From NCBI RefSeq assembly GCF_009914755.1, contig NC_060947.1: a stretch of DNA of 64,000 nt, one strand, 5' to 3'. Below the pieces are notes generated by a model. That model did not search any database. It was given only the letters and a program-made list of their open reading frames with translations, and was not told the origin of the DNA. Both the position numbers and the translations under genes were made by a program. Shown one piece after another: positions 14,501-27,557 of the stretch. The DNA comes from the human T2T-CHM13v2.0 reference genome, Homo sapiens. Within the stretch, counting starts at the first letter, position 1. Each line of letters opens with the position of its first letter.

Positions 14501-16826
14501 TGGCAGAAGAAGTTTCTAAGCAGTGAAGTGTTCAAAAGGAAGCAGAGCATAAAAGTTTGGAAAATTTGCAGCCCAACAATGCAATAGAAAAGAAAAACCC
14601 ATTTTCTGAGGAGAAATTCAAGCTGGTGGCAGAAATTTGCATACATAATGAGGAGCTGAATGTTAATCAACAAGACAATGGGGAAAATGTCTCCAGGGCA
14701 CATCAGAGACCTTTACAGCAGTCCCTTTTATCAAAAGCCCAGAGGCCTAGGAGAGAAAAATGGTTTCCTGGCCAGGCCCAGGGCTCCTCTGCCCTGTGCA
14801 GCCTCAGGACATGGTGCCTTGCATCCCAGCTGCTTTAGCTCCAGTGGCGGATAAAAGGGGGCAAGGTACAGCTTTATCCATTGCCTCAGAGGGTGCAAGC
14901 CCCAAGCCATGGTGGCTTCCATGTGATGTTGAGCTTTTGGGTACACAGAGGTAAAGAATTGAGGTTTGGTAACCTCCACCTAGATTTCAAAGGTTGTATG
15001 TAAATGCCTGGATGTCCAGGCAGTAGGTTGCTACAGGGGTAGAGCCCTCATGGAGAACCTCTGGTAGGGCAGTGCAGAAGGGAAATGTGGGGTTGAAGCC
15101 ACCACACAGAGTCCCCACTGAAGCACTGCCTAGTGGAACTGTGAGAAGAGGGCCACTGTCCTCCAGACCCCAGAATGGTAGATCCTCTGACAGCTTATAC
15201 CATGCACCTGGAAAAGCAGCAGATACTCAATGCAAGCCCATGAAAGCAGCTGGGAGGGGGGCTGTACCCTGCAAAGCCACAGGGGCAGAGCTGCCCAAGG
15301 CCATGGGAGCCCACCTCTTGTATCAGGGTGATCTGGATGTGAGACATGGAGTCAAAGGAGATCATTTTGGAACTTTAAAGTTTAATGACTGCCCTATTGG
15401 ATTTTGGACTTGCATGGGGCCTGTAGCCCATTTGTTTTCACCAATTTTTCCCATTTGTAATGGGTGTATTTACTGAATGCCTGTACCCCCATTGTATCTA
15501 GGAAGTAACTAACCTGCTTTTTATTTTACAGGCTCACAGGTGTAAGGGACTTGCCTTGTCTCAGATGAGACTTTGGACTTGGACTTTTGAGTTAATGCCG
15601 GAATGAGGTAAGACTTTGGGGGACTGTTAGAAAGGCATGATTGTGTTTTAAAATATGAGAGCATGAGATTTGGTAGGGGCCAGGGGCACAATGATGTGGT
15701 TTGGCTGTGTCCCCACCCAAATCTCATCTGAATTGTAATCCCCACAATCCCCACATGTAGAACCTGGCAGGAGGTAATTGAATCATAGAGCCAGTTTCCC
15801 CCATAATATTCTCATGATAGTGAGTGAGTTCTCATGAAATCTGTTAGTTTTATAAGTGTCTGGCATTTCCACTGCTAGCATGTCTCTCTCCTGCCACTAT
15901 ATGAAGAAGGATGTGTTTGCTTCCCCTTCTGCCATGATTTTAAGTTTCCTGAGGCTTCCCAGCCATGTGAATCTGTGAATCAATTAAACCTTCTTTCTTT
16001 ATAAATTACCCAATCTTGGGCATTCATAGCAGCATGAGAATGGACTAATACAGTTTCTTATTTTGAATCTCTGGGGAAAAGCTTTCAAATTTTCCTGTAT
16101 GAGTGTGATGTTAGCATATAATATGTGACCTTTATGATATTGAGATATACTGCTTTTATATCTAATTTGTTAAGAGTTTTTACTATAAAAGGATGTTGAA
16201 TTTTTTCAAGTACTTTTTCTGCATCTACTGAAATGTTTTTTCCTTCATTCAGTTAGTGTGATGTGTCACATTTATTTATTTGCATATGTTGAACCATTTT
16301 GCATCCCTGGTATGAATCCCACTCAATTACGGTGAATGATCTTTTAAATGTGCTATTGAAGTCAGTTTGCTATAATAGTATTTTGCAGAATATTTTTGCA
16401 TCTATGTTTCTTAGGGGTTTTGGCCTGTAGTTTTTTTTTTTTTTTTTTCAATGTCTTCATTTGACTTTGGTATCAGGGTGATGCTGGCCTTGTAAAATGA
16501 TTTTGGAAGCATTCCCTCCTATTTGATGCTTTTAGATGATTTGGGAAAAATCGGTATTTAAAAAAAATTTGGAAGGATTCAGCAGTGAAGCCATCATTTC
16601 CTGGGCTTCACTTTGATGAGAGACTTTGTATTATTGATTCAATTGCTTTACTCATTGGTATGTTAGGATGTTTTATTTCTTCACAATTAAGTCTTTGTAG
16701 GTTGTATGCATCAAGGAATTTATCCAAGTCTACTGGGTTATCTCATGCACTGGTGTATAAGCCTTCGAAATAATCTCTTATGATCCTTTGCATTTTCGTG
16801 TTATCAGATGTAATGTCTCCTTTTTC
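11600..16826 (-). mobile_element. L1MA-type LINE-1 (3'UTR plus much of ORF2), interrupted by a THE1 provirus at 13782-16052
   Basis: Minus-strand ORFs 12151-12501, 12578-12817 and 13205-13405 are degenerate ORF2p; L1MA 3'UTR (ccatgttgtacaatagatctcttgaacttattcctc); sequence resumes collinearly after 16052. Confidence 0.9.
13782..16052 (+). mobile_element. Complete THE1 (THE1D-like) MaLR provirus: LTR 13782-14146, internal 14147-15691, LTR 15692-16052
   Basis: Two ~360-bp direct LTRs (tgatatggtttggctgtgtccccacccaaatctc…taataca), THE1-int between them (gtaaattggta…gactttggaactgggtaacaggcaga), TSD ttttc/gtttc. Confidence 0.95.
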
Positions 16827-19800
16827 TTTTTTTCTCTCTCTCTTTTTTTTCATTATACTTTAAGTTCTGGGATACATGTGCAGAATGTACAGGTTTGTTA
16901 CATATCAGGAGAAATTCAGCCCTGATATTTCATGTATGAAATATCATACGTTCTTTTCTATTTTCCCTAAGTGTTGGCTGGTCTGAGAAATAAAGGGACA
17001 GAGTACAAAAGAGAGAAATTTTAAAGCCGGGTATCCAGGGGAGACATCACAAGTCGGCAGGTTCCATGATGCCCCCCGAGCTGTAAAACCAGCAAGTTTT
17101 TATTAGTGATTTTCAAAAGGGGAGGGAGTGTATGAATAGGGTGTGGATGACAGAGATCACATGCTTCACAAGGTAATAGAATATCACAAGGCAAATGGAG
17201 GCAGGGCGAGATCACAGGACCACAGGACCGGGGAGAAATTAAAATTGCTAATGAAGTTTCGGGCACGCATTGTCATTGATAACATCTTATCAGGAGACAG
17301 TGTTTGAGAGCAGACAACCAGTCTGACCAAAATTTGTTAGGCAGGAATTTCCTAGTCCTAATAAGCCTGGGAGTGCTACGGGAGACAGGGGCTTATTTCA
17401 TCCCTACAGCTGCAACCGTAAAAGACAGCCACCCCTGAAGTGGCCATTTCAGAGGCCTACCCTCAGGGACGCATTCTCTTTCTCAGGGATGTTCCTTGCT
17501 GAGAAAAAGAATTCAGCGATATTTCTCCCATTTGCTTTTGAAAGAAGAGAAATATGGCTCTGTTCCGCCCGGCTCATCAGCTGTCAGAGTTTAAGGTTAT
17601 CTCTCTTTTTCCCTGAACATTGCTGTTATCCTGTTCTTTTTTCAAGGTGCCCAGATTTCATATTGTTCAAACACACATGCTCTACAAACAATTTGTGCAG
17701 TTAATGCAATCATCACAGGGTCCTGAGGTGACATACATCCTCCTCAGTTTACGAAGATGATGGGATTAAGAGATTAAAGTAAAGACAGGCATAGGAAATC
17801 ACAAGGGTATTGATTGGGGGAGTGATAAGTGTCCATGAAATCTTCACAATTTATGTTCAGAGATTGCAGTAAAGACAGGTGTAAGAAATTATAAAAGTAT
17901 TAATTTGGGGAACGAATAAATGTCCATGAAATCTTCACAATTTATGTTCTTCTGCCATGGCTTCAGCCAGTCCCTCCATTCGGGGTCCCTGACTTCCTGC
18001 AACATCTACATAAGCATATATGTGCCATGGTGGTTTGCTGCACCCATCAACGCATTATCTACATTAAGTATTTCTCCTAATGCTATCCCTCCCCTAGGCC
18101 CCCACCCCTCAACAGGCCCCAGTCTGTGATGTTCCCCTCCCTGTGTCCATGTGTTTTCATTGTTCAACTCCTATTTATGAGTGAGAACATGTGGTATTTA
18201 GTTTTTCTCTTCTTTTGTTAGCTTGCTGAGAATAATGGTTTCCAGCTTCATCCATGTCCCCACAAAGGACATGAACTCATCCTTTTTATGGCTGCATAGT
18301 ATTCCATGGTATATATGTGCCACATTTACTTTATCCAGTTTATTATTGATGGGCATTTGTGTTGGTTCTAAGTCTTTGCTATTGTGAATAGTGCTGCAAT
18401 AAACATACATGTGCATGTTTCTTTACAGTAGAATGATTTATAATGCTTTGGGTATATACCCAGTAATGGGATTGCTGGGTCAAATGGTATTTCTGGTTCT
18501 AGATCCTTGAGGAATTGCCACAGTCTTCCACAATGGTTGAACTAATGTACACTCCCACACACAGCGTAAAAGCGCCTCCTATTTCTCCACATCCTCTCCA
18601 GCATCTGTTTCCTGACTTTTTAATGATCGCCATTCTAACAGGCGTGAAATGGTATCTCATCGTGGTTTTGATTTGCATTTCTCAAATGAGGTGATGCTTA
18701 GCTTTTTTTCATATGTTTGCTGGCTGCAAAAATGTCTTCTTTTGAGAAGCATCTGTTCATATCCTTCAGCCACTTTTTGATGGGGTTGTTTGTTTTTTTT
18801 CTTATAAATTTGTTTAAGTTTCTTGTAGATTCTGGATATTAGCCCTTTGTCAGATGGATAGATTTCAAAAACTTTCATCCATTCTGTAGGTTGACTGTTC
18901 ACTCTGATGACAGTTTCTTTTGCTGTGCAGAAACTCTTTAGATTATTTAAATCCCATTTGTCAATTTTGGCTTTTGTTGCCATTGCTTTTGATGTTTTAG
19001 CCATGAAGTCTTTGACCATGCCTATGTCCTGAATGGTATTGCCTAGGTTTTCTTCTAGAGTTTTTATTGTTTTGGGTCTTAGGTTTAAGTAGTTAATCCA
19101 TCTTGAGTTAATTTTTGTATAAGGTGTAAGGAAGGGGTCCAGTTTCAGTTTTCTCCATATAGCTAGCCAGATTTCTCAACACCATTTATTAAATAGGGAT
19201 TACATTTATTGATTTGCATGTGTTGAACCAGCCTTGCATCCCAGGGATGAAGCCGACTTGATCATGGTGGATAAGCTTTTTGATGTGCTGCTGAACTAGG
19301 TTTGCCAGTATTTTATTGAGGATTTTTGCATTGATGTTCATCAGGGATATTGGCCTGAAACTTCCTTTTTTGGTGTGTCTCAGCAAGGTTGTGGTATCAG
19401 GATGATGCTGGACTCATGAGTTAGGGAGGAATCCCTCTTTTTCTATTGTTTGGAATAGTTTCATAAAGAATGATACTAAGTCCTCTTTGTACCTCTGGTG
19501 GAATTTGGCTGTGAATCTCTCTGATCCTGGGCTTTTTTTGGTTGTTAGGGTATTAATTACTGCCTCAATTTCAGAAGTTGTTATTGGTCTATTCAGGGAT
19601 TCGACTTCTTATTGGTTCAATCTTGAGAGGATGTATGTGTCCAGGAATTTATCCATTTCTTCTAGATTTTCTAGTTTATTTGTGTAGAGGTGTTTATATT
19701 ATTCTCTGATGGTAGTTTGTATTTCTGTGGGATCAGTGGTGGTATACACTTTATCATTTTTTATTGTATCTATTTGATTCTTCTCTCTTTTCTTCTTTAT

Positions 19801-21217
19801 TAGTCTGGCTACTGGTCTATCTATTTTGTTAATCTTTTCAAAAAACCAGCTCCTGGATTCATTGATTTTTTTGAAGGATTTTCAGCCTTTTTGCACTGGT
19901 TTTTCCTCATTTTTGTGGATTTATCTACCTTTGGTCTTTGATGTCGGCACCCTTCAGAGGGAGTTTTTGTGTGGATGTCCTTTTTGTTGATGTTGATGCT
20001 ATTGCTTTCTGTTTGTTAGTTTTCCTTCTAACAGTCAGGCCTCTCTGCCACAGGTCTGCTGGAGTTTGCTGGAGGTCCACTCCAGACCTTGTTTTCCTAG
20101 GTATCACCAGCAAAGGCTGCAGAACAGCAAAGATTGCTTTCTGTTCCTTCCTCTGGAAGCTTCATCCCAGAGGGGCACCTGCCAGATGCCAGCCAGAGCT
20201 CTCCTGTATGAGGTGTCTGATGACCCCTATTGGAAGGTGTCTCCCAGTCAGGAGGCACAAGGGTCAGGGATCCACTTGAGGAGGCAGTATTTCCCTTTGC
20301 AGAGCTCGAGTACTGTGCTTTGAGATCTGCTGCTCTCTTCAGTGACGGCAGGCAGGAACATTTAAGTCTGCTGAAGCTGTACCCACAGCTGCCCCTTCTC
20401 CCAGTTGCTGTTTCCCAGGGAGATGGGCGTTTTATCTATAAGACCCTGATTGGGGCTACTGCCTTTCTTTCAGAGATGCCCTGCCCAGAGAGGAGGAATC
20501 TAGAGAGGCAATCTGGCTACAGTGGCAAAGCTGTAGTGGGCTCCACCCAGTTTGAACTTCCTGGTGGCTTTGTTTACACTGTGAGGGGAAAACCCACCTA
20601 ATCAAGCCTCAGCAATTGTAGACACCCCTCCTCCCCACCAAACTCAAGCATCCGAGGTCCACTTCAGACTGCTTTGCTGGCAGTGAGAATTTCAAGCTAG
20701 TGGACCTTATGTTTTCGGGCTCCATGGGGATGGGATCCACTGAACTAGAGCACTTGGCTCCGTGGCTTCAGCCCCCTTTCCAGGGGAGTGAATGGTTCTG
20801 TCTCGCTGGCATTCCAGGCACCACTGGGGTATGGAAAAAAAAAAAAAAAAACTCCTGCAGCTAGCTTGGTGTCTGCCCAAAGGGCTGCCCAGTTTTGTGC
20901 TCAAAACCCTGGGCCCTGGTGGTGTATGCAACCAAATGAATCTCCTGGTCTGCAGGTTGCGAAGACCATGGGAAGGGTGTAGTATCCTGGCTGGAATGCA
21001 CTGCTTCTCATGGCACAGTCCCTCACGGCTTCCCTTGGCTAGGGGAGGGAGCTCCCCAACCCCTTGTGTTTCCTGGGTGAGGCGATGCCTCACCCTGCTT
21101 TGGCTCGCCTTCTGTGGGCTGCACCCACTGTCTAACCAGTCCCAGTGAGATGAGCTGGGTACCTCAGTTGGAAATGCAGAAATCACCCACCTTCTGTGTT
21201 GATCTCGCTGGGAGCTG
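16827..21217 (-). mobile_element. L1PA7-like LINE-1 with 3' end and 5'UTR but two large internal deletions; MER11 inserted in its 3'UTR
   Basis: T-tail at ~16827-16850, 3'UTR split by MER11, ORF2 pieces (18657-19019, 19189-19386), abrupt jumps at ~19199 and ~19880, then 5'UTR down to gatctcgctgggagctg. Confidence 0.92.
16903..18004 (-). mobile_element. MER11 solo LTR (HERV-K11/HML-8 family)
   Basis: Ends cggggtccctgacttcctgcaaca (reverse complement of the MER11 start tgttgc…aagtcagggacccc); ~1.1 kb; internal repeat gtccatgaaatcttcacaatttatgttc twice; imperfect 6-bp TSD gttaca/tctaca. Confidence 0.92.
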
Positions 21218-21311
21218 AATTTTTCAGATTTAAGATGCACAACCAATAAGCATAATGTGAATACTCCAAAACTGGTCCCAAGCATTTTGGTTAAGGAATA
21301 CTCAGCCTGTT
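21218..21311. mobile_element. MER2 (Tigger2-derived) DNA transposon fragments
   Basis: ctggtcccaagcattttggttaaggaatactcagcctgt and tttttcagatttaagatgcacaacc resemble MER2 termini. Confidence 0.6.
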
Positions 21312-21359
21312 TAAGTAGAACTACTCTTATAATTGTAAATATCTATGCATCCAATGTTG

Positions 21360-23785
21360 TAATATCTTTTCTTATCCCTTTACTATGCCTATTTTATTTA
21401 TTTGTATACTGTTTTGTGTATGTGTGTCCATATAGGTGAAATGAGTTTCTTGTAAGCAACATATAGCTGGGTCATGTTTTAAAAAATGTATTTAACCCCT
21501 CTGTGGCTTTTGATTGGAGAATTTCATCCATTTATATTCAAAGTAATTATTGACAGGTAAGGAATTACAACTACTATTTTGTTAATTGTTTTCTAGTTGT
21601 TTTATAGATTCTTTGTTTCTTTCTTCCTCTCTTGCTGTATTCCTTTGTGGCTAAATGATATTCTCTTATAGTGTGTTTTGATTCCTTGTGTATCTACTAT
21701 AGTTTTTTGCTTTGTCATTACCATGAGGCTTATAGAAAACATCTTATTGTTATAACTGATTATTTTAAGCTTGTGACAATTTAACACTGACTGCAAAAAG
21801 AAAACCCACCTTTATACTTTTAGTGCACTCCCTTTCCACATTTTGGATTTTTGATGTCACAATTTATATCTTTTTATATTTCATATATCATAACAAATTA
21901 TTGTAGCTATTATTGTTATGTTTAATAGCTTAGTCTTTTAATCTTCATACTACAAATATCAATGATTTAAACACCACTATTACAGTATTAGAATATTCTG
22001 AATTGAATGTGTGCTTACTTTTACCAGTGAGTTTTATACTTTTAGATGTTTTCTTATTCATTAGTGTTATTTTTCTTGTAGCTTGAAGAACTTCCTTTAG
22101 CATTTTTTTGTAAGACAGATCTGGTGGTAGTGAACTCCTTTAGCTTTTTTTCATTTAGGAAAATATTTATCTCTCTTTCATTTCTTAAGAACAGCTTTGC
22201 TGGCTGTGGTATTCTTGATTGGCAAGTTTTTCTCCCCTTCAGCACTTTCAGTATATCATCCCACTCTTTAATGGCCTTTAAGGTTTCTGTTGAGAAGTCT
22301 ACTGTTAGATATATTGGATATCCCTTATGTCATTGGCTTCTTTTCTCTTGCTGCTTTTAGGATCCTTCCTTTGTCTTTGATTTTTGACATTTTAGTTATA
22401 ATGTCATGAGAATCTTATTTAGATTGAATCTTATTGGAGACCTTTGACTTTTGTTTACCTCAATGTTTATATTTTTATTCATGTTTGGAAAGTATTTTTT
22501 CTATTATTACTTCAAATAAGCTTTCTACCCCTTGATTTTTCTCTTCTCTTTTTATGACACCTATGACTCAAATATTTGTTCTTTTGATGTTCTCCCATAA
22601 ATCTTTTACCCTTTCTTTATTCCTTTCCACTTTTTTCTCTGACTATATAGTTTCAAATAACCTGTCTCTGAGTTCACAAATTCATTCTTCTGCTTGGTCA
22701 GTTTTGCAGTTGATGCTCTCAATAGCATTTTGTATTTTGTTCATTGTGTTTTTCATTACCAGGATTTCTGTTTGATGTTTTTCATTGTTTCAGTCTATTA
22801 AATCTTTTGTTCTGGTCACTTATTGCTTTTCTTTTTTGTTGAATTGTTTCTCTTTATTTTCTTGAAGTTTGATGAGCTTCCTTAAAACTGTTGTTTTCAA
22901 CACTTTTTCAGCACTTCATACATCTCAATTTCATTAGAGTCAGTCACTAGCACCTTATTTGATCCCATTGTGATGTCATGTTTCCTTGCTCCTTGTGGTT
23001 GTGCATTGATGTCTGTGCATTGGAAGAAGAAGGTACTTATTCCAGTCTTCACAGACTGGCTTTGCCTGAGAAAGCCCAGTTGCAAATATGTCACTTAGGT
23101 GCATCAGAAGCCTGGGGCAGCTGCAACCAACATGGCACTGCCAGAAACTTGGGGTACCCTGTGGAAGGCACAGCACTGGGTTGGACCAGAAGCCCAAGGA
23201 AGATGCAGCCAGCATTAGACTGGGACACAAATGAAGCCAGGGGCCAGTGAGGCCTGCCTACTGTGGGGGCTGCCTGAAGCTGTGGGCTGTTGATGATGGC
23301 CTGGACGTGGTACAGGCTAGAGATTGGGTTTGCCATGCAAGGCTGATGTCTAGAGGAGCTGTGTGGCACTGTCTGGCACTGGGACAGGTCTAGAGGCTCA
23401 GTTTGTGGGTACTGGCCTGGTATATAGGGCCATGAGGATATGCCCAGGGCTAGGTTCTACTGCAGCAGTCCCAGTGTTGGGATCCCAGAAAAAGTCCTGC
23501 ACTCACTGACATCTCTTTCCCCCATGTAAAGGGTATCTTTCTTTATATTTTGCTGCCTGGTGTTGGCAGAGGGTGACCTGGCTAAGGTAAAACTGTCCTC
23601 CCTGTCCTCTTCAATGTGTCTTTTCTTATTATTGTGCTAAAACCAGGTACTCTGATATCTCATCTGTTTTCCTTAACTCTTGTGAAGGTATTTTTGTTGT
23701 TGTTGTTTGAATAGTTGCTTAAATTGATGTTTCTGCAGGGGGGCAATTACTAGAGAGTACTACTCCATCATCTTGCTCTGTCCCT
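21360..23785 (-). mobile_element. Old L1M 5' half (ORF2 N-terminus, ORF1, 5' region); probably the same element as 11600-16826
   Basis: Minus ORF 22054-22245 (LKGRKTCQSRIPQPAKLFLRNEREI…KLKEFTTTR) is the L1 ORF1p C-terminal domain; terminates in ctccatcatcttgc, typical of L1M 5' ends. Confidence 0.8.
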
Positions 23786-23944
23786 TCTCAAAGTTACCAT
23801 TTACTAGTCAAATGATATCTTAGTACTGAGCAAGTACCCAATGAAACCATTCTTATTTTCATGTAAATGGATATCTTTAGTTACTTGGCCGATTGTCCAT
23901 AATTTCCAAGAACATAAACTTTACTGTGAGAAAGTTGTTTCAAT

Positions 23945-24645
23945 ACTCATTCATTCTTTCACTCATTCACTATTTTATTGAGAATCTGTTGTGTATCAAG
24001 TATTGTACTACTTCTGGATAAATAATAACAAAAAGAGTAGAAGAGGCTTTGTTTTCCATGAGCTAGTAATACTCCAGTGGAGTCTATAGGTAATTATAAA
24101 ATTGTACAATAAGTACAAGGACAGAAATGGCTACATGGTGCCAGTAGAGCACATAGTAGAGATATCTTACTTAGAGTGATGGATTAGAATGTAAAAGGCA
24201 TGTTTATCAATGATATACATTGGCTCAGTTTCTGTCACAAGGAGGGTTTCATGCTGAATTCTGAGTATTCAAGAGGTATATGACCTCAGTGGGCTTAAGA
24301 TCAAATTGGTGAGAAGGAATATTTACATATTTAGGGAATAACAAGAAGACAGAATTCTTGTAGGACAGGAGTAGGAAATAAAGTTGAAGAGGTAGTTTAG
24401 AGCCATGTTGTAAAGATCCCTGAATGCTACAGTAAGAGGTTTTACAATTTATTCAGTGTACTAATGAGTAAAAAAGGGCATTGAAGGATGTTAAGAAGGG
24501 ATGAATGAAAATGTCTAACTTCTCTGCTATAATATAAGCTCAAAGAATCCAGGAACTGTGTGTCCCATGTTTGGCACTGTCAATCCAGAGCCTAGCTCAG
24601 TTTTTATCCTACAGCATGTACTCAATAAATGTATATTGACCAACA
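23945..24645. mobile_element. L2 fragments (both orientations)
   Basis: tcattcattc…ttattgagaatctgttgtgtatcaag (antisense L2 end); catgtactcaataaatgtatattga (sense L2 end). Confidence 0.55.
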
Positions 24646-24686
24646 GCCTATATACAAAGTGCTGCCTTAGAAAGATAACTCTGGCT

Positions 24687-25033
<347 letters not shown>

Positions 25034-25532
25034 CTAGAGTCAAATGAAAAAAAAAGTCTGGCTGTTCTTGAGTAAAGTAATGAATGTCTGGGCTATAGAG
25101 AGAATATTGGAAACAGAATGAGGAGATGCTTGCGAGGAAGACGTGGGTAGCTCTTAATGACTGGATAGGTTAATGAGCAAGGCAAATGTTGGAAACAAGG
25201 GTTATTCTAAGGTTTTAAGAGGATAATAGCAAAGAGCTGTTGGCAGAAAGAGGGTAGTCTAGCAGAGAAACTAATTTGGGGAGAAAAATTATGCGTATGG
25301 GCTTTAAAACTACAAATACACTAGTCCAAAAATTGTCAACTAATTTCCAGTAGACTAAGTGTCTAAGAGATTGTAGACAACTAGTTTTGTCTGTTGTTAT
25401 ACTACATAGTGGTTATGTTCAAGCCATCAGTTATAGTAATGGTCTTATGCCAAGGCTATACTATTTTCCACACACATCAATAGACAGGAAGTCCACTATG
25501 CCTTTTAAGATGGAAGCTGTTTGAATGTGGAG

Positions 25533-25890
25533 TGTCTTAGTCTGTTTTGTGCTGTTATAACAGAATACCCGAGACTAGGTAATTTATAATGAATAGAAAT
25601 TTACTGGCACACAGTTCTGGAGGCTGGGAATTCCAAAGTCAAGATCCTTCTTAAAGGACCTTGGCAAGAGCCTTCTTGCTGCATTATCACATGGCTGAAG
25701 GCAGAAGGGCAAAAGCACAAGAAATGAACCCATTCCTACGAGTACCTTTTATGTCAGCATCAATCCATTCATGAAGGTGGAGCCCTAATGACCTAAACAC
25801 CTCCCATTAAGCCTTACCTCCCAACATTTGTTGCATTGAGAATTAAGTTTCCAACACATGAATTCTGGGGAACACATTCAAACCACAGCA
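25533..25890 (-). mobile_element. MST (MSTD-like) MaLR solo LTR
   Basis: tgtcttagtctgttttgtgctgttataacagaatac…cacattcaaaccacagca; exact 5-bp TSD tggag. Confidence 0.88.
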
Positions 25891-26919
25891 TGGAGCAAAT
25901 GAATCAATCAAATGAAAGTGTAAGTGACTTCAACAGCAGCTCAATAATAATAATAATAAATCATACAGAATTTTTGAAATACCTAACTATTGAAATACTA
26001 TCTTTTTAAATTCAGTACTGCAATTTCAAGGTCCTGTTTCATTAACTAGTATACTGAAAAAATAATGATATGTATATCCTTGCAGAGAACAGGAGTTGAA
26101 TGGTGTTTAAAAAAATAGTAGTAAAATACAATAGCAGTTTACTAAGCCAATATGTCACAACTTTGATTATGCAAAAAGTGAAGTGGAGTGTAGTGAATTT
26201 GAGGTCAACTTTTCAAACAAGTCATCAGGGGGAAAATAAGAAAAGTGGCAAAGAGCTAAATATGCATGAAGCTGCTATTGAAGTTTAATGGAAAAATGGG
26301 GCTCTTGTCAGCTAGCTGAGTACTTAATAATGTTAACACCACTACAAACAAGTTGTGGTTTATTGCTTCAATTTCCTACATACTGGCAAGAGAATTAACA
26401 AGACTGATGCACTAAGATCTTAGATTTCAGTCAAATTAGGTGACTAAGAGGGTGATGAAAAAACACTTGTTCTTGAAGGGAACACAACTCTATCAGGAAC
26501 TTGTTACATTCTGCATCAGATCATTGGATAAGCTGCTGATTTAACAGTTACACTGAAAAGAAAACTCTTTAATCAGTCCTTTCTGTAAAAGAGTTACTAT
26601 GTGTTACTTTATTTAAAGGAATCGTACGCAGAAGTAGGAAATTTAAGTACATCTTTAAATATTTGTGTGTGAATTCAGAGATGAATAAAATACAATGACT
26701 TTGTGAATATCCCTGCTTCATTCAGAGTATAAGATACTAGTGAAGTAGGCTTTTTAAAGGTGAATGTACTTCAGTTTTCCCTGAGATTTAATGGAGGCTC
26801 TCCAAGAAATTAAACGGCTCACCTGTAATGTCTTAGTCAAATAGAAACTTTCTCCTTCAAGCTCTTTCTCAGCACCAGTATGGATACTACCCAATGTCAA
26901 TCATCAGTGTTCGTATCTA

Positions 26920-27295
<376 letters not shown>

Positions 27296-27557
27296 CAAAA
27301 CAGCATATACATATGGCCTCTTTAGAAAAGAGTAAAACAAGAGGTAAAAATATGAGCCCAATTGATGAAGAGCTAAAGATGTTGCTGAGGAAGTATCACT
27401 GCAGCTTCAGCTTATTCAGTGAAAAATATCCATATTGGGTATACAAACTGATTAAAAGTCACCTAATAATAGTATATGGAGAAAAAGCAGATTGTCATTG
27501 TTTAAAATATTAAGTTTTTCCATAGAATATGGGATGCTTTTTTAATTTGCAAGTTGA

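Noticed and set aside
14243-15476. THE1 internal ORFs as a domesticated retroviral gene (also 57498-58487)
   Set aside because: Short broken frames typical of non-autonomous MaLR internal sequence; no continuous ORF in either copy
17775-17950. ~90-bp direct repeat (gtccatgaaatcttcacaatttatgttc twice)
   Set aside because: Appears to be an intrinsic feature of MER11 LTRs rather than locus-specific
19199-19880. Spliced L1 (SpIRE) explanation for the internal deletions
   Set aside because: Junctions show microhomology and do not fall at GT/AG boundaries as far as I can reconstruct from L1 sequence
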